Below, in pieces: positions 9,518 to 19,647 of a stretch of DNA of 64,000 bases. A program made the position numbers and the translations under genes. Source of the stretch: an uncultured Azospirillum sp. (GTDB lineage Bacteria > Pseudomonadota > Alphaproteobacteria > CACIAM-22H2); contig CAYQDN010000010.1 in assembly GCA_964416335.1 (NCBI GenBank), positions 18,357 through 82,356 of the forward strand, written 5' to 3'. The notes under the pieces were generated by a model. The model saw only the letters and a list, made by a program, of their open reading frames with translations. It made no database searches and was not told the origin of the DNA. Numbering within the stretch: the stretch's first letter is position 1; every line of letters starts with the position of its first letter.

Positions 9518-11194
9518 TCATTGGAACATGTCCGCCATGTTCTTGCCAACCAAACGGCTTGCAAGCAGGACCAGAACCAGCGTCAGTACCGTGGTCACGG
9601 TACCAAGTGCGCTGGCGCGGTAGAGTTCGCCGCCGAGCACGAATTCATAGATCGAGATGGAGATCGTCTTCCATGAAGCGGAATAGAGCAGGACGGTGGC
9701 ACTGATCTCGCCGATCAGCGTCGCGAAGACGAGAATCGATCCGGCGAGAACGCCCGGCACGATCAGCGGGATCGTGATCCGCCACATCGTGCCACCCCAG
9801 CCCGCACCGCACATCGTGGAGGCTTCCTCGATCTTCGGATCGATACGGCCGATTGCGGCCGAGGCCGAACGGAAGATGAAGGCAACGCGGCGCGTGAAAT
9901 AGGCAAGCACGATAATCGTTCCGGTGCCGGTCAGGATGAGGAAGCCGTCGTTGAAGGCCGTAAGATATGCAACGCCGACGACGAGGCCCGGCAGCACGAA
10001 AGGCAGCATGATCAGCGCGTCCACCGCCCATTTGGCGACGATGCGGTCGCGCACGACGGCATAGGCGCTGACGATGCCGAAGGCGACGCACAGGATCGTC
10101 GCCGCACCCGACAGGATCAGACTGTTGACAATCGGCTGGACGAGATACTTCGACACGCTCACATAGTGGGCGAAGCCGTAGGCGGTCGGCAGCAGCGTGC
10201 CCGGCCATTCCTCGGCGAAGGACGCCAGCAGAATGGCCGCCTGCGGGAGTGCGGCGACGAACAGCAGGCCCCACGTATAGGTGTTGGCGAAGATGCGTGC
10301 GCCCGTGCCATCAAGCCGTGCGGCCGCGCGCGCGATCCCCGTGATGGTCGCGTGCGCCTTGCGCCGGTTGACGCGTGCAAGGAATGCAAGGGCGACCAGC
10401 GTGAGCGCGACATTGACCATCGCGATCGCCGACGCGGCACTCAGATTGTGGAACCCGTGGATCTGGTAGTAGATGAGCGTGGGCAGCACCTGGAACTCGC
10501 CGCCGAGAATCGACGGCACGCCGAAATCGCCGATCGCCTTGATGAAGACGATCAGCATCCCGGCGGCGACCGACGGCACGATGGACGGAAACGTGATCGT
10601 GCGCAGGATGTGCCAGCGCGAGGCTCCCATCATACGCGCGGCCTCTTCGACATAGGGGTCGCCGCCTGCGAGTGCGCCCTGCACCACGAGGAACACGTAG
10701 GGGAAATAGCTCATCGCCAGCGCGAAGACGACGCCGAACGGTCCGTAGATCGACGGCAGGTCGATGCCGACGGTGCGCAGGACGTTGCTGATGATGCCGT
10801 TGTTGCCCAGCAGCATGATCCACGCATACGAGCCGATGAAAGGCGGCGAGATCAGCGGAACGACCGACATTGCCATGATCAGGGACCGCAGCGGCATGGC
10901 GACGCGTGCCACCGCATAGGCCATCGGCAGCGCCAGCAGCGTGGCGGCCAGCGTCGACAGGGCGCCAGCCATCAGCGAATTCACCAGAGCACGCCGATAG
11001 CTGGCGGCGATGAAGAAGCGTTCGAAGTTCACGAAGGTCAGGTTGGAAATCTCGAGATCGGCGCCGTTGCGCACGAAGGCGACGAGAACGGACCGACCGA
11101 TCGGGTAGGCGAGCAGTACCGCGGCGAATGCGACCGCCAGCGCGCCGACCGCATAGGGAACCCAGTCCCGATGTGGGGCATCGGCGCCGGTCAT
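9518..11194 (-). CDS. Fe-type ABC permease, double domain
   Basis: ISPPFIG, VEEAARMMGA, DFGVP, IEEASTMCGA; 558 aa. Confidence 0.9.
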   Translation of the reverse strand: MTGADAPHRDWVPYAVGALAVAFAAVLLAYPIGRSVLVAFVRNGADLEISNLTFVNFERFFIAASYRRALVNSLMAGALSTLAATLLALPMAYAVARVAMPLRSLIMAMSVVPLISPPFIGSYAWIMLLGNNGIISNVLRTVGIDLPSIYGPFGVVFALAMSYFPYVFLVVQGALAGGDPYVEEAARMMGASRWHILRTITFPSIVPSVAAGMLIVFIKAIGDFGVPSILGGEFQVLPTLIYYQIHGFHNLSAASAIAMVNVALTLVALAFLARVNRRKAHATITGIARAAARLDGTGARIFANTYTWGLLFVAALPQAAILLASFAEEWPGTLLPTAYGFAHYVSVSKYLVQPIVNSLILSGAATILCVAFGIVSAYAVVRDRIVAKWAVDALIMLPFVLPGLVVGVAYLTAFNDGFLILTGTGTIIVLAYFTRRVAFIFRSASAAIGRIDPKIEEASTMCGAGWGGTMWRITIPLIVPGVLAGSILVFATLIGEISATVLLYSASWKTISISIYEFVLGGELYRASALGTVTTVLTLVLVLLASRLVGKNMADMFQ

Positions 11195-12288
11195 GCCCGG
11201 TCCGCCGCGGCGAAGACGATTGCGTCGGCCGGATCGAAGGTAAGCAGGCCGGTACCGCCTTCGGCAATGCCGTCCACCGGCCGATCCGCATCAATGGTGA
11301 GGGGTGCATCGGTGCCCGGCGCTTCAGCCGTGTAGCGGGTTGTGGCGCCGAGATGCTGGATGCGGGATATGCGGCACGGGATCCCGGTTCCCGACGCGGC
11401 AAGCTTGAGGCGTTCGGGACGAAGCATCGCGAACGCGTTGTGTGCCGTCGTTGTCCGTGCGGACTCGTCGGCATCGAGAGAGACCGTGCCGCTGGTGACG
11501 AACGCGCCGCCGGCTTCCAGGCCGATCCGGTTGCCGCGCGCCTCGGCACGAAAAAGGTTTGCCTTGCCGATGAAGTCGGCGACAAAGAGGCTTGCGGGAC
11601 GGTCGTAGACTTCCTGCGGCCGGCCGATCTGGCGCACGCGGCCCTGGTCGAACACGGCGACACGGTCAGAGACCGACATCGCCTCCTCCTGATCATGCGT
11701 AACGTAGAGCGACAGGATGCCCAGCTCGCGCTGGATGCGGCGGATCTCCTCGCGCATGAGGACGCGCAGCTTGGCGTCGAGATTTGCCAGCGGCTCGTCG
11801 AGCAGCAGCATGCCCGGTTCATAGACGAGTGCACGCGCGATCGACACGCGCTGCTGCTGGCCGCCCGACAGGTCCGCCGGCAACCGATCGGCGAGGGGGG
11901 CGAGATGCAGGAGCCCGAGCGTGCGCGCCACGCGCGCGGCAATATCGTCGGCGACGAGACCGCGCAGGCGCAGTCCGTAGGCGACGTTCTCGAAGATCGT
12001 CAGATGCGGGAATAGCGCATAGGACTGGAACACCATCCCGATATTGCGCCGTTGCGGCGGATAGGAGGTGTAGTCGCGTCCGTCAAACTCGATCGTGCCT
12101 TCGCTTGCCGTCTCGAGGCCAGCGATCATGCGCAAGGTCGTCGTCTTGCCGCATCCCGAGGGCCCCAGCATCGTGAAGAACTCGGTGCCGTCGACGTCGA
12201 AGGATACGCGGTTGACAGCGAGAATGTCCTTGCCGTTCAGGTGGAACCGCTTCGTCAGATCCCGTACGCGCAAAGTCTTGCTGGACAT
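11191..12288 (-). CDS. ABC ATPase (FbpC/PotA type)
   Basis: [32 protein letters not shown]. Confidence 0.92.
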   Translation of the reverse strand: MSSKTLRVRDLTKRFHLNGKDILAVNRVSFDVDGTEFFTMLGPSGCGKTTTLRMIAGLETASEGTIEFDGRDYTSYPPQRRNIGMVFQSYALFPHLTIFENVAYGLRLRGLVADDIAARVARTLGLLHLAPLADRLPADLSGGQQQRVSIARALVYEPGMLLLDEPLANLDAKLRVLMREEIRRIQRELGILSLYVTHDQEEAMSVSDRVAVFDQGRVRQIGRPQEVYDRPASLFVADFIGKANLFRAEARGNRIGLEAGGAFVTSGTVSLDADESARTTTAHNAFAMLRPERLKLAASGTGIPCRISRIQHLGATTRYTAEAPGTDAPLTIDADRPVDGIAEGGTGLLTFDPADAIVFAAADRA

Positions 12289-12305
12289 ATCGTGGAAACC
12301 CCCGG

Positions 12306-12335
12306 GGCGGCGGCCAGCATAACCCGGCCGCCGCC
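12306..12335 (-). other. Intercistronic stem-loop after the SBP gene
   Basis: GGCGGCGGCC-N10-GGCCGCCGCC, perfect 10-bp stem, no U tract. Confidence 0.6.
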
Positions 12336-12344
12336 GCTTGGGTG

Positions 12345-13325
12345 CTACTTCGCCGCGAGGAGTTTGTCGAACCGCTCTAGGTTGGCCGTGCGGTTCTTGG
12401 CCGCCGCGACCGAATCGTACCCGATGGTCTTGAGGCTGGCGACCGCCGGGAGGCCGGGCGGAGGTGCGACGTCCGAACGCGCCGAGCGCCGCTTGTCGAC
12501 GGCGACGAGGATCTCGTGCGACGCCTTCGAGTTCAGGAAGTCGAGAAACTTGCGCGCGTTGGCCGTATTGGGCCCGCCCTTGATGATGCCGCTCGCGTCG
12601 ACGATCAGCGCCGTTCCGTCGGCCGGATAGACGCCATCGACCGGCTGGCCGTCCTGCTTCATCGCCAGCACGTTGAACTCGCTGGTGAGCCCGACCGCGA
12701 CTTCGCCCTTGGCGACGTTCTGGAACACGAGACGCGAGCTGGTGACGAATGTGGCGTTCTGGACGAGCTTGCCGATCATGTCCCAGCCATGCAGGTCGAT
12801 GAGCTGCTGCATCTGGGAATAGGCCGAGCCGGACTGCGCTGGATTGGCCATCACGATCTTGCCCTTGTATTCGGGCTTGGTGAGATCCATCCAGCTTTTC
12901 GGCGCGCCGGCCAGCGGCATCATCTTCGTGTTCACGATGAAGGCCTGGAAGTTCATCGAGAACGGATAGTACTTGCGGTCCTTGTGCAGGATCTTCGGAT
13001 CGAAGGACGCGTCCTCGGTTGACTTGTAACTGTCGAACAGGTCGAGTTCGGCGTCGAATACGTCGGCGTCGGGCCCGACGAACACGTCGCCGGCGGGGCG
13101 GCTGCGCTCCGCCTTGATGCGTGTCAGAAGTTCGCCGCTGCCGCCGCTGATGACGTCGACCTTGATGCCGGGCGAGACCTTCTCGAAGCCTTCGACGAAG
13201 GCCTGCATCAGTTTGGTGCCGACCGTATTGTAGACGACGACCTGTGCTGACGCTGCACCCGTCGCGGCGATCGAGGCGAGAGCGGCAAGGCCGATCGCCG
13301 AGAGGAATGTCCTTCGCATTGTCAT
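12345..13325 (-). CDS. Extracellular solute-binding protein, Fe/thiamine/phosphonate-type cluster
   Basis: Start MTMRRTFL behind an AGGAGG RBS; signal peptide; GSGELL, PKSWMDL, NPAQSGSAY. Confidence 0.88.
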   Translation of the reverse strand: MTMRRTFLSAIGLAALASIAATGAASAQVVVYNTVGTKLMQAFVEGFEKVSPGIKVDVISGGSGELLTRIKAERSRPAGDVFVGPDADVFDAELDLFDSYKSTEDASFDPKILHKDRKYYPFSMNFQAFIVNTKMMPLAGAPKSWMDLTKPEYKGKIVMANPAQSGSAYSQMQQLIDLHGWDMIGKLVQNATFVTSSRLVFQNVAKGEVAVGLTSEFNVLAMKQDGQPVDGVYPADGTALIVDASGIIKGGPNTANARKFLDFLNSKASHEILVAVDKRRSARSDVAPPPGLPAVASLKTIGYDSVAAAKNRTANLERFDKLLAAK

Positions 13326-13369
13326 CCTGTCCTCCTGCTGTGGATTGCGTTGTTGGACCCGCGACCGGT

Positions 13370-14275
13370 TCAGGGCGCGGGCATCGGCAAGGGCTCGAAA
13401 ATCACGGTCGCCGACACGGTGGCCCCCGGTGCGAGCCGGATGGTCCCGGTATCGGTGCGGCCGGCGGAAGCGAGATTGAACGCGTCGGTGCAGTGACTGA
13501 CCGGCTCGGCGCAGAAATAGGCTTCGCCGGGCGGTGTGTAGAGCACGAGATGGCGCAGCGGTGCTTCCGCCGTCATGCGAAGCCGGGCGGCGTGCTCGGG
13601 CCATTCGATCACGGCTTCGCCTGACCATCCGGTGAAGCAGTTGTCGAGCGGCACGCGGTCGAGCGAAATGCCTTCGTTCGGGTCGGCATCCGGTGCCGGC
13701 GACGTCAGGCGCGTGGGCATCACCTCGGCATCCGTCTGCCAGATGGCATCGACGCGGGCCTTGAGGCGGCTGCGGGGCGTACGCGGGAAATAGGGATGCA
13801 GGCCGATCCCGGCGGGCATGTCCCTGCCGGAACGGTTCGTCAGCGCGATCTCGACCGACAGGCTGCTCTTGCCCAGTCGGAATGTCTGCTGGGCATCGTA
13901 GGGGAATGGCCAATCGGCATCGCGCATTTCCAGCGCTATCGTAAGCCGGTCGCGTTCCTTGTCGACCACGGACCAGGGCCGCCGCCAGCCGTGGCCGTGC
14001 TCGGCATGCGGTCCGGGTAGCGGCACGACATGGGCTTGCGTTCCGTCGAACGCGAAGTGGCCGTCGCGCACCCGGTTGGAGAAGGGAACCAGCGGAAAGC
14101 AGGCGGCCGCCTCGGGATCGCGCCGATCGAGTTTGCTCTGCTCGGCGGGGCGCAGCCAATCCATCGGCCGGCCGGCAAGCGTGCCGGCATAGCGCGCGAT
14201 CACGCCGCCGAGTTCCGGAACGATTTCGAGAATCGAATCGCCGACCCGAAGACCGATCCTCGACGGAGCGGACAC
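13370..14275 (-). CDS. Aldose 1-epimerase (mutarotase) family
   Basis: FPLVPFSNR, HGHGW, GLHPYFP, LDNCF, FCAEPVSH. Start uncertain: GTG 14275 preferred, because ATG 14320 lies inside the promoter. Confidence 0.85.
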   Translation of the reverse strand: MSAPSRIGLRVGDSILEIVPELGGVIARYAGTLAGRPMDWLRPAEQSKLDRRDPEAAACFPLVPFSNRVRDGHFAFDGTQAHVVPLPGPHAEHGHGWRRPWSVVDKERDRLTIALEMRDADWPFPYDAQQTFRLGKSSLSVEIALTNRSGRDMPAGIGLHPYFPRTPRSRLKARVDAIWQTDAEVMPTRLTSPAPDADPNEGISLDRVPLDNCFTGWSGEAVIEWPEHAARLRMTAEAPLRHLVLYTPPGEAYFCAEPVSHCTDAFNLASAGRTDTGTIRLAPGATVSATVIFEPLPMPAP

Positions 14276-14301
14276 GGATTGCGGTTGGACCTGCGGCGCG
14301 C

Positions 14302-14346
14302 TTGACGTTCCTGCTGGCATCCCGATAAAATCTTATCGTATGAGGA
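14302..14346 (+). promoter_or_regulatory. Sigma70-like promoter with overlapping palindromes (candidate FadR operator)
   Basis: TTGACG(14302)-N18-TAAAAT(14326); CGATAA-AATC-TTATCG and CTTAT-CGT-ATGAG. Confidence 0.6.
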
Positions 14347-15173
14347 ATCAGAAAGCAACGCCGCCCGCCGATTTTGCGCTGATGCCGAAAGCCAAAGCAG
14401 CCAAGCCCGACCAAGCCGGCACCGGCCGCAAGTCGCGGACCTTTTCGCCGCGCTCTCTGCACGGGCAGGTCGTCCACGAAATCGGCATGCAGATCGTCGA
14501 AGGCAAGATCGCACCCGGCGAAGCCCTGCCGAGCGAAGAGGTGTGGAGCGCTTCGCTCGGCGTCAGTCGTACGGCCTTTCGGGAAGCGATCAAGGTGCTC
14601 GCGGCGAAGGGGCTGATCGAATCGCGTCCCAAGACGGGGACGCGCGTGCGTGCCCGCGAATGCTGGAACTTCCTCGATCCCGACGTGCTGGCCTGGCGCC
14701 TTGCCGCCGCACCGGTCGAAAGCTATGTGCGCGAGGTCTTCGAGCTCCGGCGGATGGTCGAACCGTTCGCCGCTTCGCTCGCGGCCGTGCGCGCCTCGCG
14801 CGAGGACGTTGCGCAGCTCGATGCGGCGTTCCGCGAGATGGGCAAGGCGGGCGACGACGGCGAGAAGTTCGCCGGTCCCGACCTGATCTTCCACCAGTCG
14901 ATCATCCGTGCCACGGGAAACGAACTGATCCATTCGCTCGGCGCAATCATCGAGACGGCCCTGACGATGAGCTTCCGCCTATCCAACGACAATCCGGACG
15001 GGCAGACCCATTCGCTGCCTGCCCACGGTGCCGTACTCGAGGCGATCGGCCGGCGCAATGCCGACGGTGCGCGCGCCGCGATGAACGCGCTGCTCGACAG
15101 TTCGGAAGAGGACGTGCGCCGCACGATGTCGGCACTGGCACGCGGCCGCGGCCGCGCGGGGGGACGGTCTTGA
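14340..15173 (+). CDS. FadR/GntR-family regulator (DgoR-like, FCD domain)
   Basis: LGVSRTAFREAIKVLAAKGL, RPKTGT, WNFLDPDVLAW, ELRRMVEP, DLIFH. Alternative start ATG 14382. Confidence 0.92.
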   Translation: MRNQKATPPADFALMPKAKAAKPDQAGTGRKSRTFSPRSLHGQVVHEIGMQIVEGKIAPGEALPSEEVWSASLGVSRTAFREAIKVLAAKGLIESRPKTGTRVRARECWNFLDPDVLAWRLAAAPVESYVREVFELRRMVEPFAASLAAVRASREDVAQLDAAFREMGKAGDDGEKFAGPDLIFHQSIIRATGNELIHSLGAIIETALTMSFRLSNDNPDGQTHSLPAHGAVLEAIGRRNADGARAAMNALLDSSEEDVRRTMSALARGRGRAGGRS

Positions 15174-16891
15174 GATCGAAGAAGCGGGTGCTGCGATCCA
15201 GTGCTTGGTTTGGCAAAGCCGACCGCGACGGGTTTGCGCACCGCAGTTGGATGAAGAACCAGGGGCTTCCACATCACCTCTTCGACGGCCGTCCGGTCAT
15301 CGGGATCTGCAACACCTGGTCCGAGCTCACGCCGTGCAACGCGCATCTGCGCGCACTGGCCGAGAGGGTCAAGCGCGGCGTCTACGAGATGGGCGGCTTC
15401 CCGGTCGAGTTCCCGGTGATGTCGCTGGGCGAATCCAACCTGCGCCCGACGGCCATGTTGTTCCGCAACCTCGCGAGCATGGATGTCGAAGAATCGATCC
15501 GCGGCAATCCGATCGATGGGGTCGTGCTACTCGCCGGGTGCGACAAGACTACGCCCGCCCTGCTGATGGGGGCAGCCAGCTGCGATCTGCCGACGATCGT
15601 CGTCTCGGGCGGGCCGATGCTGAACGGACGCTATCGCGGCGAACTCGTCGGTTCGGGCACGCATGTCTGGAAATATTCCGAGGAAGTACGCGCCGGACGG
15701 ATGAGCGAGGTCGACTTCTTCGAGGCCGAGGGTGCCATGGCGCGCTCGGCCGGAAGCTGCATGACGATGGGTACGGCCTCGACGATGGCCTCGATGGTGG
15801 AGGCGCTGGGCGTGGCGCTGCCGACCAATGCCGCGATTCCGGCCGTCGACGCGCGGCGCAGCGTGCTTGCCCACATGGCAGGCCGGCGGATCGTCGAGAT
15901 GGTCCACGAAGACCTGCGCCTGTCGAAGATTCTCACCAAGACCGCCTTTCGCAACGCGATCCGGATCAACGGTGCCATCGGTGGATCGACGAACGCCGTC
16001 ATCCACCTGCTGGCAATCGCCGGGCGGATTGGCGTCGATCTGGCCCTCGAGGACTGGGATAAATACGGACGCGACGTGCCGTGCCTCGTCAATTTGATGC
16101 CGTCGGGCGCGTTCCTGATGGAGGAGTTCTACTATGCCGGCGGGCTGCCGGCCGTGATGAAGGAACTCGGCGGCCTTCTCGACGGCGACGCGCTGACGGT
16201 TTCGGGGAAGACGGTCGCCGAGAACGTCGCCGATGCCGTCTGCTACGACCGCAAGGTCATCTTCCCGCTGTCCAAGCCGTTCAAGAAGCAGGGTGGCATC
16301 GCCGTGCTGCGCGGCAATCTCGCACCCGATGGCGCAATCCTGAAGCCGTCGGCCGCGACACCTGCGCTGATGAAGCATCGCGGCCGTGCCGTCGTGTTCG
16401 AGGATATCGAACACTACAAGTCGCGGATCGACGATCCGGATCTCGATATCGATGCCACAAGCGTGATGGTCCTGAAGAACTGCGGTCCGAAGGGCTATCC
16501 GGGGATGGCGGAGGTCGGCAACATGGGCCTGCCGCCCAAGCTGCTGAAGAAAGGCGTGCGCGACATGGTGCGCATCTCCGACGCGCGCATGAGCGGCACG
16601 GCCTACGGGACGGTCGTCCTGCATGTCGCACCGGAGGCCGCGATGGGCGGGCCGCTCGCCCTCGTGCGCAACGGCGACACGATCGAGCTCGACGTCGCCC
16701 GGCGTCGCCTGCATCTCGATGTTTCCGATGAAGAGCTGGCGCGCCGGCGCGCGGGATGGAAACCGGTCGGCCTGCCGGCGGGGGGCTACCAGCGCCTCTA
16801 TGTCGAGCGGGTGATGCAGGCCGACAAGGGCTGCGATCTCGACTTTCTCGTCGGATCACGCGGTGCGGGCATTCCGCGCGAATCGCACTGA
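15170..16891 (+). CDS. IlvD/Edd-family sugar-acid dehydratase (L-arabinonate/D-xylonate dehydratase-like)
   Basis: TPCNAH, RPTAML, GCDKTTP, CMTMGTAST, GGSTN, SDARMSGT, C-terminal PRESH; TTG start overlaps the regulator stop. Confidence 0.92.
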   Translation: MRSKKRVLRSSAWFGKADRDGFAHRSWMKNQGLPHHLFDGRPVIGICNTWSELTPCNAHLRALAERVKRGVYEMGGFPVEFPVMSLGESNLRPTAMLFRNLASMDVEESIRGNPIDGVVLLAGCDKTTPALLMGAASCDLPTIVVSGGPMLNGRYRGELVGSGTHVWKYSEEVRAGRMSEVDFFEAEGAMARSAGSCMTMGTASTMASMVEALGVALPTNAAIPAVDARRSVLAHMAGRRIVEMVHEDLRLSKILTKTAFRNAIRINGAIGGSTNAVIHLLAIAGRIGVDLALEDWDKYGRDVPCLVNLMPSGAFLMEEFYYAGGLPAVMKELGGLLDGDALTVSGKTVAENVADAVCYDRKVIFPLSKPFKKQGGIAVLRGNLAPDGAILKPSAATPALMKHRGRAVVFEDIEHYKSRIDDPDLDIDATSVMVLKNCGPKGYPGMAEVGNMGLPPKLLKKGVRDMVRISDARMSGTAYGTVVLHVAPEAAMGGPLALVRNGDTIELDVARRRLHLDVSDEELARRRAGWKPVGLPAGGYQRLYVERVMQADKGCDLDFLVGSRGAGIPRESH

Positions 16892-16899
16892 GGCAGGTC

Positions 16900-17670
16900 A
16901 TGGAGGGAAATTTCGCCAACTATCCAAGCCTGTGCGAGCGGGTGGTCTTCGTCACCGGTGGCGGCTCGGGCATCGGCGAGAGTGTGGTCGAGCATTTCTG
17001 CGCGCAACATTCGCGCGTCGCGTTCGCCGACATCGCAGCCGACGCCTCGCAGGCCCTGGTCCGGCGGATCGCCGCATCCGGGCTGCCGGCACCGCGCTTC
17101 TTCCATTGCGACTTGCGGGACATCGCCGGGCTGCAGGCCGCGATCGAAACGGTCGGCCGCGAGATCGGCCCGATCCGCGCTCTCGTCAACAACGCGGCGA
17201 ACGACGACCGGCACAAGGTCGAGACGGTCACGGTCGAGTACTGGGACGACCGGATGGCGGTCAATCTGCGCCACCAGTTCTTTGCCGCACAGGCGGCGAT
17301 CCCGCAGATGGCGGCGGCCGGCGGCGGCTCGATCGTCAATTTCGGATCGATCAGCTGGATGAATGCCGAAGGCGGCTATCCGGCCTATACGGCCGCCAAG
17401 GCGGCCGTCCACGGCATCACGCGCGGCCTTGCGCGCGACTTCGGGCCCAAGAACATTCGCGTGAACACGGTCGTCCCCGGATGGGTGATGACGAAGCGCC
17501 AGGTCGAGCTCTGGCTCGATGCCGACGGCGAGCGCCAGATCGGGGAGAACCAGTGCCTGAAGGAGAAGGTCTATCCGCCCGACATCGCGCGGATGGTCCT
17601 GTTCCTTGCCGCCGATGACAGCCGGCTCTGCACGGCGCAGAATTTCGTCGTCGACGCAGGGTGGACATAG
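16900..17670 (+). CDS. SDR oxidoreductase, D-xylose 1-dehydrogenase (Caulobacter XylB)-like
   Basis: ANYPSL, TGGGSGIG, NNAANDDRH, GSISW, YTAAK, PGWVMT. Confidence 0.85.
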   Translation: MEGNFANYPSLCERVVFVTGGGSGIGESVVEHFCAQHSRVAFADIAADASQALVRRIAASGLPAPRFFHCDLRDIAGLQAAIETVGREIGPIRALVNNAANDDRHKVETVTVEYWDDRMAVNLRHQFFAAQAAIPQMAAAGGGSIVNFGSISWMNAEGGYPAYTAAKAAVHGITRGLARDFGPKNIRVNTVVPGWVMTKRQVELWLDADGERQIGENQCLKEKVYPPDIARMVLFLAADDSRLCTAQNFVVDAGWT

Positions 17671-18540
17671 ATGGCGGATGTTCGCTGTGTCTGGCCGGCA
17701 GGCGCGCTGCTGGGCGAGGGGCCGTTCTGGGACGAGCGTGAGGGCGCGCTCTACTGGGTCGACATCAAGAAGCCGGCGGTGATGCGTTTCACCCCGGCAA
17801 GCGGCGCGCGGAAGACCTGGCCGATGGCCGAAGAGGTCGGGGCGGTCGCACCACGCGAACGCGGCGGGATGGTTGCCGCCCTGCGCAGTGGCTTTGCGTT
17901 TTGGGATCCGGTCTCCGGGCGCGTCGATCCGATCGGCAATCCGGAACCGGATCGCCCCGGCAACCGCTTCAACGACGGAAAATGCGACGCGGCCGGACGG
18001 TTCTGGGCCGGCAGCATGGACGATGCGATCAAGGCGCCGACCGGCTGGCTCTACCGCCTCGATCCGGACGGGTCGATCGAACGCAGCGACGGCGGATATG
18101 TCGTCACGAACGGCCCTGCTTTCGCACCCGACGGGACATGCGCTTACCACACCGACACGATGGACCGGGTGGTCTATCGCTTCGAAATCGATGCCGCAGG
18201 ACGACTCCGGGGCAAGCGGCCCTTCGTCCGTTTCGGTGCCGACGACGGGTATCCCGACGGCATGACAGTCGACGCGACCGGCCATGTCTGGATCTGCCAC
18301 TGGGGCGGGGCACGCGTCAGCCGCTTCCGGCCGTCGGGTGAGTTCGAGCGCGCCTTCGTCCTGCCGGCAACCCAGATCACGAGCTGCGCGTTCGGCGGGG
18401 AAGGGTTCCAAACACTCTACGTCACAAGTGCGTCGATCGGCCTCGACGCGGCCGAGATGGCGCGCCAGCCGCTTGCCGGCGGTCTCTTCTGCATCGAAAC
18501 CGAATTCGCCGGCATCCCCGTTTGCCGGTTCAGAGGCTAG
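17671..18540 (+). CDS. SMP-30/gluconolactonase-family sugar lactonase
   Basis: LGEGPFW, NRFNDGK, GRFWAGSM, NGPAF, PDGMTVD. Confidence 0.92.
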   Translation: MADVRCVWPAGALLGEGPFWDEREGALYWVDIKKPAVMRFTPASGARKTWPMAEEVGAVAPRERGGMVAALRSGFAFWDPVSGRVDPIGNPEPDRPGNRFNDGKCDAAGRFWAGSMDDAIKAPTGWLYRLDPDGSIERSDGGYVVTNGPAFAPDGTCAYHTDTMDRVVYRFEIDAAGRLRGKRPFVRFGADDGYPDGMTVDATGHVWICHWGGARVSRFRPSGEFERAFVLPATQITSCAFGGEGFQTLYVTSASIGLDAAEMARQPLAGGLFCIETEFAGIPVCRFRG

Positions 18541-18554
18541 TGGAGATCACGAAC

Positions 18555-19544
18555 ATGCGTCTCATCCAGTTCGAGCGTCCCGACGGTTCGCGCGCGATTG
18601 CCGCCAGCCGCGACGGCGGTACGACGGAGATCCCGGGCTTCGCAAGCGTGCGTGCACTCGCGATTGCGGCGATCGCGAAGGGACAGACCCTGTCGCGGAT
18701 CGTCGAAGCCGCCGGCATCGGTGCCAGGGTCGACGTCGCGTACCTGCTTGCCGAAGGTCGCGTGCTTGCGCCGATCGACCACCCGGATCCGGCACACCTG
18801 TTCGTGACCGGAACGGGGATCACGCATATGGGAAGCGCACAGGCGCGCAACGCCATGCACAAGAAGATCGCCGGTGCAGGTGGCGACATGTCGGATTCGA
18901 TGAAGATGTACCAGCTTGGCATCGAGAGCGGAAAGCCCGCGCCCGGAAAAATCGGCTCCCAACCGGAATGGTTCTACAAGGGTGACGGCAGCTGCATCGT
19001 CCGGCCCGGTGCGCCACTGGCGATGCCGGATTTTGCATTGGCCGGCGGCGAAGAGGCCGAAATCGTCGGCATCTATATCGTGGCGGATGACGGAACGCCC
19101 TGGCGTATCGGCTTCGTGCTCGGCGACGAATTCTCGGATCATGTCGTCGAGCAGCAGAACTACCTCTATGGGGCGCATTCGAAGTTGCGCGTCTGCGCGC
19201 TCGGCCCCGAGCTACTGGTCGGCGATCTGCCGGCCGACACGCGAGGCATTTCGCGCGTACGGCGCGGCGGCGTTGTTCTGTGGGAAGGCGAGTTCCTGAG
19301 CGGTGAATCCAACATGTCGCACTCGCTCGCCAATCTTGAGCATCATCATTTCAAATATTCGATGTTCCGCCGTCCTGGCGACATCCACTGCCACTTCTTT
19401 GGCGCAGCGACATTCAGCTTCGCGCATGGCGTACGCGCCCAAATCGGTGACGAATTCGAGCTTGACGTGCCGGCCTTCGGCCAGCCACTTCGCAACAAGC
19501 TGGCGGTTTTGTCGACGCCAACGCCCTCTGTCCGGATGCTTTGA
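18555..19544 (+). CDS. AraD1/GguC family FAH-fold protein (putative 2-keto-3-deoxy-aldonate dehydratase)
   Basis: MRLIQF, HPDPAH, GTGITHMGSA, QPEWFYKG, EFSDH, HSKLR, EHHHFKY. Confidence 0.85.
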   Translation: MRLIQFERPDGSRAIAASRDGGTTEIPGFASVRALAIAAIAKGQTLSRIVEAAGIGARVDVAYLLAEGRVLAPIDHPDPAHLFVTGTGITHMGSAQARNAMHKKIAGAGGDMSDSMKMYQLGIESGKPAPGKIGSQPEWFYKGDGSCIVRPGAPLAMPDFALAGGEEAEIVGIYIVADDGTPWRIGFVLGDEFSDHVVEQQNYLYGAHSKLRVCALGPELLVGDLPADTRGISRVRRGGVVLWEGEFLSGESNMSHSLANLEHHHFKYSMFRRPGDIHCHFFGAATFSFAHGVRAQIGDEFELDVPAFGQPLRNKLAVLSTPTPSVRML

Positions 19545-19647
19545 ATCATGGCCAGCAACACGGCTTCAATGTTGTCGGCTTCCATTCATCTTCTTTCGTT
19601 ACCGGAAGTACGGAAACCGAAATTGAAATAGCCAGACAAGTCGTCTT

